A stretch of 59,005 nucleotides of DNA, filler included, from Stramenopiles sp. TOSAG23-2 (Eukaryota): the NCBI GenBank assembly GCA_900128395.1. It is 3 parts of 3 records of this genome, joined end to end, with 100 filler letters (N's around TTAATTAATTAA, not from the genome) between each part and the next. Parts side by side here need not be neighbours in the genome. Positions count along the whole stretch, not along the records: positions 39,453 to 59,005 come from LT649579.1; 2 more parts are not named here. One strand, written 5' to 3'. The notes under the pieces are model-generated. The model searched no databases. It was not told the DNA's origin and saw only the letters and a program-made list of their open reading frames with translations. Below are positions 53,864 through 59,005 of this stretch, in pieces. Within the stretch, counting starts at the first letter, position 1; each line of letters starts with the position of its first letter. The position numbers and the translations under genes were made by a program.

Positions 53864-56617
53864 ATGGGAAATGCACCAAATATACCATATCATATTGCAG
53901 GGAATGTACCGTCCTATAATGACCACTCTGGATGGAGTTTAAATACCGGAACTACAAAAGCAACTTCAGAACCAGTATCTATTTTTAAAATTAAATTAGA
54001 CGGCTTGTCCTCCTCCCGTAAAGAAGCTTGTACAAATGGTTTCAGTAGGATAAAAACAATTAGACACCCAAACGTATTGAAATATTTAGATGGTATAGAA
54101 AATGACAAAGAAATTTTGATCGTAACAGAACCTATAAAACCACTTCAAGATTGGTTAAAAGTTGCTAAGGAAGTAAATTCAGAAGAGCAATTCGAGGCTG
54201 CCTTAGCTTGGGGTCTTCGTTGTATATGCAATGCCTTGCAATTTTTGGCTAATGATTGCGAACTATTGCATGGTTTACTCTGCTCAGATTCTGTCTTTGT
54301 TACGGAGGGCGGAGATTGGAAATTAGGACGTCTTGATATGGTCGCTGCTTTAAATAGGAATGGACCAGATACAGTTTTTACATATAATAACGAGTTGTTG
54401 CCACAACAATATAGATCCCCAGAGCGTTTACAACGTAGTTGGACCGCTATAGCAGATAATCCAATATGGGCAACCGATGCATGGTCGTATGGTTGTTTAA
54501 TCTATGAAGTTTTCAATGTTAAATTAACGCGAGCTGAACAGACGCAAAATATGCAAAATATACCAACACAGCTACGGAAAGTATTGCAACGATTATTAGC
54601 CAGCAATCCTAAACAAAGACCAAATCCAAAACGTCTTTTAACAATGCCATTTTTTGATCGTGAACTTGTTCAAACGTTGACTTTTCTAGATGAAATTGCT
54701 GTGAAAGAACCGGATGAGAAACGTATTTTTTTCCAACAATTGCCAAATAAATTGAATACAATACCAGCACATGTATGCATTCATAAAATTTTACCAGCAT
54801 TGAAAAACTCAATGGCCATATTACCACCTGCAAGCTTAGTTATTCCAATGTTGAGTATTGGTAAGATGATTGGAGAGGAAGATTTGGATACATATAATAC
54901 CTGTATTATGCCAAGTTTAATTGATTTTTACAAAATGAATGATCGTAATGTACGCGCGTCATTATTACAAAACGTTGAATCTTATAAACATGCATTGAAG
55001 TATAAAAAAAATGGTAAAGGAGAAAATATTTTAAACAAAGAACTTTTTAAATGCATGATCACTGGATTTCGTGACTCCGCACCACAAATGCGTGAATTAA
55101 CATTAAAAACGATGCCAACAATTGTCGATATGTTAAACCCTAAAAATTTAAACACTACATTAGGAAACATGTTGAAAAATTTATTATCAGATCCAATGCC
55201 AGGCATAAGAGTGAATGCGACTATTTTATTGGGTCTCTTGGCTGAAAAATTTGATGTTGCAACGCGGAAGCGCTTGTTGTTACCCGGATTTACACAAGCA
55301 TTAAATGACCCCTTTTATCACAATCGCGCGGTGGCATTAAAAGCATTAGGAAGTACCCATCGTATGTATGATGCTAAAGATGCATGTTCTAAAATTTTAC
55401 CACACATTGTATGTAGACTTGTAGACGATGTTCACGCTGTGCGCCAGCCAGCATTTGCTTGTTTAGCACAATTTGTTAAACGGCTTGAAGTTGTATCTGA
55501 TGAAATGGGGCTAGTTGAAGCTGAGCAAAGAAAGGAAGCGGAGAAAAAACGAATTGAAGATGAAAAATTAGCAAAAGAGCAAGAAAAATTAGCCAAAATG
55601 AATGGTACAAGTATTAGTAGTAACAATGGTACAAGTATTAGTAGTAACAATAACAATAGTAAGAATGGTGGCACTTATGGTGGTACGGCGAATACTCCAC
55701 GAAACAATGCTAATAGTAATAACAACTCCAATCAGAATGCTAGCATTGATATGGGATGGGGAGACGATGATGACGATGAAGATTTTTTCAGCAATACTAG
55801 TTCTCCTAAAATAAGCAGTAAATTAAAACCGAAGAGTGTTAAAGTGAGTAAATTGGATTTGAAAAAAAGTAAAAAAAAAAGTAAATTAGGTACGAAAAAG
55901 ACGCGGGCCAAATCTAAAGATATGGATGATGATTTCTTTGGTGATGGCTTTGGTTCTATGTCAATTGGTAATAATGATAATAATAATACAAGTCGCACAA
56001 AAGGCAATAGTATGTCGAAGGGTAACCCATTCCATAATGATTCAAGCAATAATGATAAAGCTTGGGGGGATGATGACGATGATTTGTTTGGTGATATGAT
56101 GATGTCTTCCTCCTCTTCTTCTGCAACAAAACAGAAAAAGAAGATAATTCCACCAAAAAAATCCTCGTCTTTGCGTACTTCACATAGATCATCCAGTAAG
56201 AAAAAAACCTCGCCTGAATCACCTGTTGCTGACACGTGGGGTGATGATGATGATGATTTGTTTGGTTCATCACCATCACCACCAAAAACGAAGACAAAAC
56301 GTAAAGTTACTCCACCTGCTAAAAAGACATCTATAACTAAAAGCAAAACAAAAAAAAGTAACACTATGATGACATCCAATAGTAGTAGTGGCGGCGGGTG
56401 GGATGGTGACGATGATCCATTTAGTGATTTACTCTCTGATAATGCATTTAAAAAGAAGGAACCGAAGAAGAAAATAAGTGGGGGTATTAAATTGAAAACA
56501 AAAAAACAGCCATCCACAAATGCTAAAAGCAGAAAATCAAGTAGTAGTAGTAGTAGTAGCAAGAAGAAACATGAACTTGGAGATAAAGATGATTTCTTTG
56601 GTGATTTTGGTTTTTGA
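53864..56617 (+). CDS. SCYL1: SCY1-like pseudokinase with HEAT repeats
   Basis: MGN start; KTIRHPNVLKYLD, IVTEPI.PL, HG....SVFVT.GGDWKLG, GFRDS...RELTLK, DP.PGIR.N, DPF...R; acidic-aromatic tail. Confidence 0.92.
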   Translation: MGNAPNIPYHIAGNVPSYNDHSGWSLNTGTTKATSEPVSIFKIKLDGLSSSRKEACTNGFSRIKTIRHPNVLKYLDGIENDKEILIVTEPIKPLQDWLKVAKEVNSEEQFEAALAWGLRCICNALQFLANDCELLHGLLCSDSVFVTEGGDWKLGRLDMVAALNRNGPDTVFTYNNELLPQQYRSPERLQRSWTAIADNPIWATDAWSYGCLIYEVFNVKLTRAEQTQNMQNIPTQLRKVLQRLLASNPKQRPNPKRLLTMPFFDRELVQTLTFLDEIAVKEPDEKRIFFQQLPNKLNTIPAHVCIHKILPALKNSMAILPPASLVIPMLSIGKMIGEEDLDTYNTCIMPSLIDFYKMNDRNVRASLLQNVESYKHALKYKKNGKGENILNKELFKCMITGFRDSAPQMRELTLKTMPTIVDMLNPKNLNTTLGNMLKNLLSDPMPGIRVNATILLGLLAEKFDVATRKRLLLPGFTQALNDPFYHNRAVALKALGSTHRMYDAKDACSKILPHIVCRLVDDVHAVRQPAFACLAQFVKRLEVVSDEMGLVEAEQRKEAEKKRIEDEKLAKEQEKLAKMNGTSISSNNGTSISSNNNNSKNGGTYGGTANTPRNNANSNNNSNQNASIDMGWGDDDDDEDFFSNTSSPKISSKLKPKSVKVSKLDLKKSKKKSKLGTKKTRAKSKDMDDDFFGDGFGSMSIGNNDNNNTSRTKGNSMSKGNPFHNDSSNNDKAWGDDDDDLFGDMMMSSSSSSATKQKKKIIPPKKSSSLRTSHRSSSKKKTSPESPVADTWGDDDDDLFGSSPSPPKTKTKRKVTPPAKKTSITKSKTKKSNTMMTSNSSSGGGWDGDDDPFSDLLSDNAFKKKEPKKKISGGIKLKTKKQPSTNAKSRKSSSSSSSSKKKHELGDKDDFFGDFGF

Positions 56618-57013
56618 GTTTCATTGTGCGTATTATAATACATGTGGTATTATATGTAATTATATACCGACGTATTTAAATATAATGATGGTTAAAATCT
56701 AAGTTATACGAGTATAATATAATTTTATACTTCCCGTGTTAAGTACTCGTAATATAATATAATGCCCAATACTCAATCGCAAGAATAATATTCTATATTC
56801 TATCCTACTATAAGTAAAGCTCTAATGCACCTCTGCAAACTAAATATGTAAGGCTTCGTACTCTACAAGCACGAGTAGGTTTCTATCCATTCATATGTAA
56901 AGTGTAATTTATGTGTAAGAGAAAATTTTTATATAAAGTGCACGACACATTAGAAAAATACTTCTCGCTATATTGCGTTATATGGTTGTATGTTCACACA
57001 CACACACGCAAAC

Positions 57014-58471
57014 TTATTCTCTTTTTTTATTTTTTTCTATCATGTCCCTTAAATATACTACCAATTCCTTTACACCATCACCAGTCATTGCACTTATTGG
57101 AAATATTTCTCTGCCATCAGCTACATTTACTAATGATTGAAATTGTTCCTCTTGATGTAATAAATTCTCCAAATCATCATCGTCGAACGCATCTATTTTA
57201 TTTGCAATGATCACGGCATCTTTATTTCCCAATCCATCCTCGTATAAATTCAATTCTTCTTGCAATGATCGTAAAACTTTGCCAGCAGGTGGGTTGAATT
57301 GGTCAGACACATCAATTACATACGCATGAATACGATTGCGTTCAACATGGCGTAAAAAGGAATGTCCCAAACCAACATTATTATGTGCACCATCAATTAA
57401 GCCAGGTATATCAGCAACAGAGAATCTATGGCCATCATCAAATTCTACCATACCAACAAATGGATGAAGGGTTGTAAAGGGGTATGCAGCAACTTTTGGG
57501 CGTGCTTTTGATACCATTCCAAGCAATGTTGATTTACCTGCATTTGGATATCCTACTAGACCAACATCAGCAATTAATTTCAATTCTAACTCATAAAACC
57601 GTTCCTCGCCAGGTTTACCAAGATTAGGCCTTGGTTCATTATTTTCCAACACATCTTTAATAAGCATATTGTTATTATCAAGTTCTTTACTTTCATTACT
57701 ATACAAAGGAAATGGGGAAAATACCTGTACCCCGTCATCGTCATAAGTTACATACATTTCACCTATATCTGGTAAATCGTCTTCTTCACCTTCAAAAAAA
57801 TGTTCTTCCATATTTTCTAAATTTTCAATCATATCATCCATCTTTTGCTGTTGCAATAATTTTTGTTTTTCTTCTTGTATTTTTTTTTGTTTGAAATATT
57901 TTCTCCCAGCACTTTCTGAAAATACTAAATGTTGGTTTCCACGCCCACCTTTACCACCATAGGCCCCAATATGCTCTATACCTGGTTGATCCATGTCTAT
58001 CGAAACAGTTTGTTCCTCAGTTATATCTCCATATTCATCATAACTACGATGTATTTCCTTTACCAAGGTGCCTAGTGGAACGTCAATATATACATTTTTG
58101 CCATTTTTTCCAGTACAATTTGATGAGCTGCCATTCCCACCATCTTTAGCTCGGTAATGATGTGATGATATGTTCAAAGATCGCAAGCCACTGTCGGTGC
58201 GTATAATAGCATTACCCCCATCTCCAGCGTCACCACCATCCGCGCGTTTCTTCCCTGGTCCTAAATGTTCATGAGATTGGCATCCTAAACCGCCATTGCC
58301 ACCAATTAAAGAAACACGTACACGGTCAACAAATTTACGTCGATTATCAGCATATTTCACTTGCATATATTTTGTGCCAGCTTTATTACTTTTCGTGGAC
58401 AAATTTCTTCGTTGATGATGAAATATAGCAGAAACATTTCGTGGTATATATTGTTTGGAAATACAATACAT
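57014..58471 (-). CDS. MTG2: Obg-family GTPase, probably mitochondrial (MTG2/GTPBP5-like)
   Basis: Basic presequence (RRNLS); FVDRV...GGNGG Gly-rich Obg fold; ELKLIADVGLVGYPNAGKS, YPFTTLHP, DIPGLI.GAH.N.GLG..FLRHVER, NKID, SA. Confidence 0.88.
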   Translation of the reverse strand: MYCISKQYIPRNVSAIFHHQRRNLSTKSNKAGTKYMQVKYADNRRKFVDRVRVSLIGGNGGLGCQSHEHLGPGKKRADGGDAGDGGNAIIRTDSGLRSLNISSHHYRAKDGGNGSSSNCTGKNGKNVYIDVPLGTLVKEIHRSYDEYGDITEEQTVSIDMDQPGIEHIGAYGGKGGRGNQHLVFSESAGRKYFKQKKIQEEKQKLLQQQKMDDMIENLENMEEHFFEGEEDDLPDIGEMYVTYDDDGVQVFSPFPLYSNESKELDNNNMLIKDVLENNEPRPNLGKPGEERFYELELKLIADVGLVGYPNAGKSTLLGMVSKARPKVAAYPFTTLHPFVGMVEFDDGHRFSVADIPGLIDGAHNNVGLGHSFLRHVERNRIHAYVIDVSDQFNPPAGKVLRSLQEELNLYEDGLGNKDAVIIANKIDAFDDDDLENLLHQEEQFQSLVNVADGREIFPISAMTGDGVKELVVYLRDMIEKNKKRE

Positions 58472-58697
58472 GACCTCCTAATTTGTGTTGTTTGTTTAGT
58501 ACTGCATTATATATGATTATTTTTGATATGTTATGGAATGGCATTTTATCATTATCATATTTATTACATTTCGTGGTATATATTGTTTGGAAATACAATA
58601 CATGACCTCCTAATTTGTGTTGTTTGTTTAGTACTGCATTATATATGATTATTTTTGATATGTTATGGAATGGCATTTTATCATTATCATATTTATT
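58434..58697. repeat. 132-bp tandem duplication spanning the Obg start codon and leader
   Basis: acatttcgtggtatatattgtttgg...catatttatt starts at 58434 and 58566; the two copies appear identical. Confidence 0.93.
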
Positions 58698-59005
58698 ATG
58701 ATATATATTATTATTTAAGCATTTTATTTGAGGTTAATATAATTAATACAACCCACCATAACCACCACCATAGACTAAATACCTGCTGGTTGTTCCTAGA
58801 CTATATATTCTTACATATAAGCGATATAGCTAGAGAGGATCCTCTCTAGATATAGCAACGCTTATTAATAGCCAGGTTAGCTGGTTAGCAGCACACCAGC
58901 ACACTAACACAAAAAATAATAATATTATAATGTGCTAGCCCAGCTAGCTAGCTAGCTCTTATTCTGTAATGTGTAGTATACATTGTCCGTTTTTTTTACA
59001 CACAC

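Noticed and set aside
55732-56643. Long antisense ORFs (also 20029-20739, 22567-23256, 23452-24138, 39610-40260, 46826-47449)
   Set aside because: They are shadows of real genes on the opposite strand and give low-complexity Ser/Leu/Phe translations.

Overview
This is AT-rich (roughly 70% by eye), gene-dense, intron-poor eukaryotic DNA. It uses the standard genetic code, has poly-Asn tracts, and shows one clear GT-AG intron. It most likely comes from a marine protist; a stramenopile-like flagellate is my inference, not something shown. The window is three unlinked contigs (1-19687, 19788-39352, 39453-59005) joined by artificial 100-bp N44-TTAATTAATTAA-N44 spacers, so gene neighbourhoods across the spacers mean nothing. 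About 27 genes are present. They include KRI1, adenosine kinase, a TrhO/TSTD2 rhodanese, an amino-acid transporter, DNA ligase I, PhoD, NAC-alpha, a PCIF1-type methyltransferase, DcpS, an apyrase-like protein, nickel SOD, SCYL1, an Obg GTPase and a spliced sulfatase. Main leads: (1) a nickel superoxide dismutase whose nickel hook sits behind a mitochondrial-type presequence (..LRA|HCQVPCGIY) rather than a ubiquitin or SodX-type leader; (2) a 7-TM protein with insect OR/GR-like (7TMIC) layout; (3) a 15-21 bp element, GATGGTTAAAATCTA, that recurs downstream of stop codons on different contigs; (4) a ~74-bp repeat found both as a tandem array and as dispersed copies in promoter regions; (5) several shared palindromes and hairpins upstream of genes. 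All family calls come from motif recognition; no searches were run.
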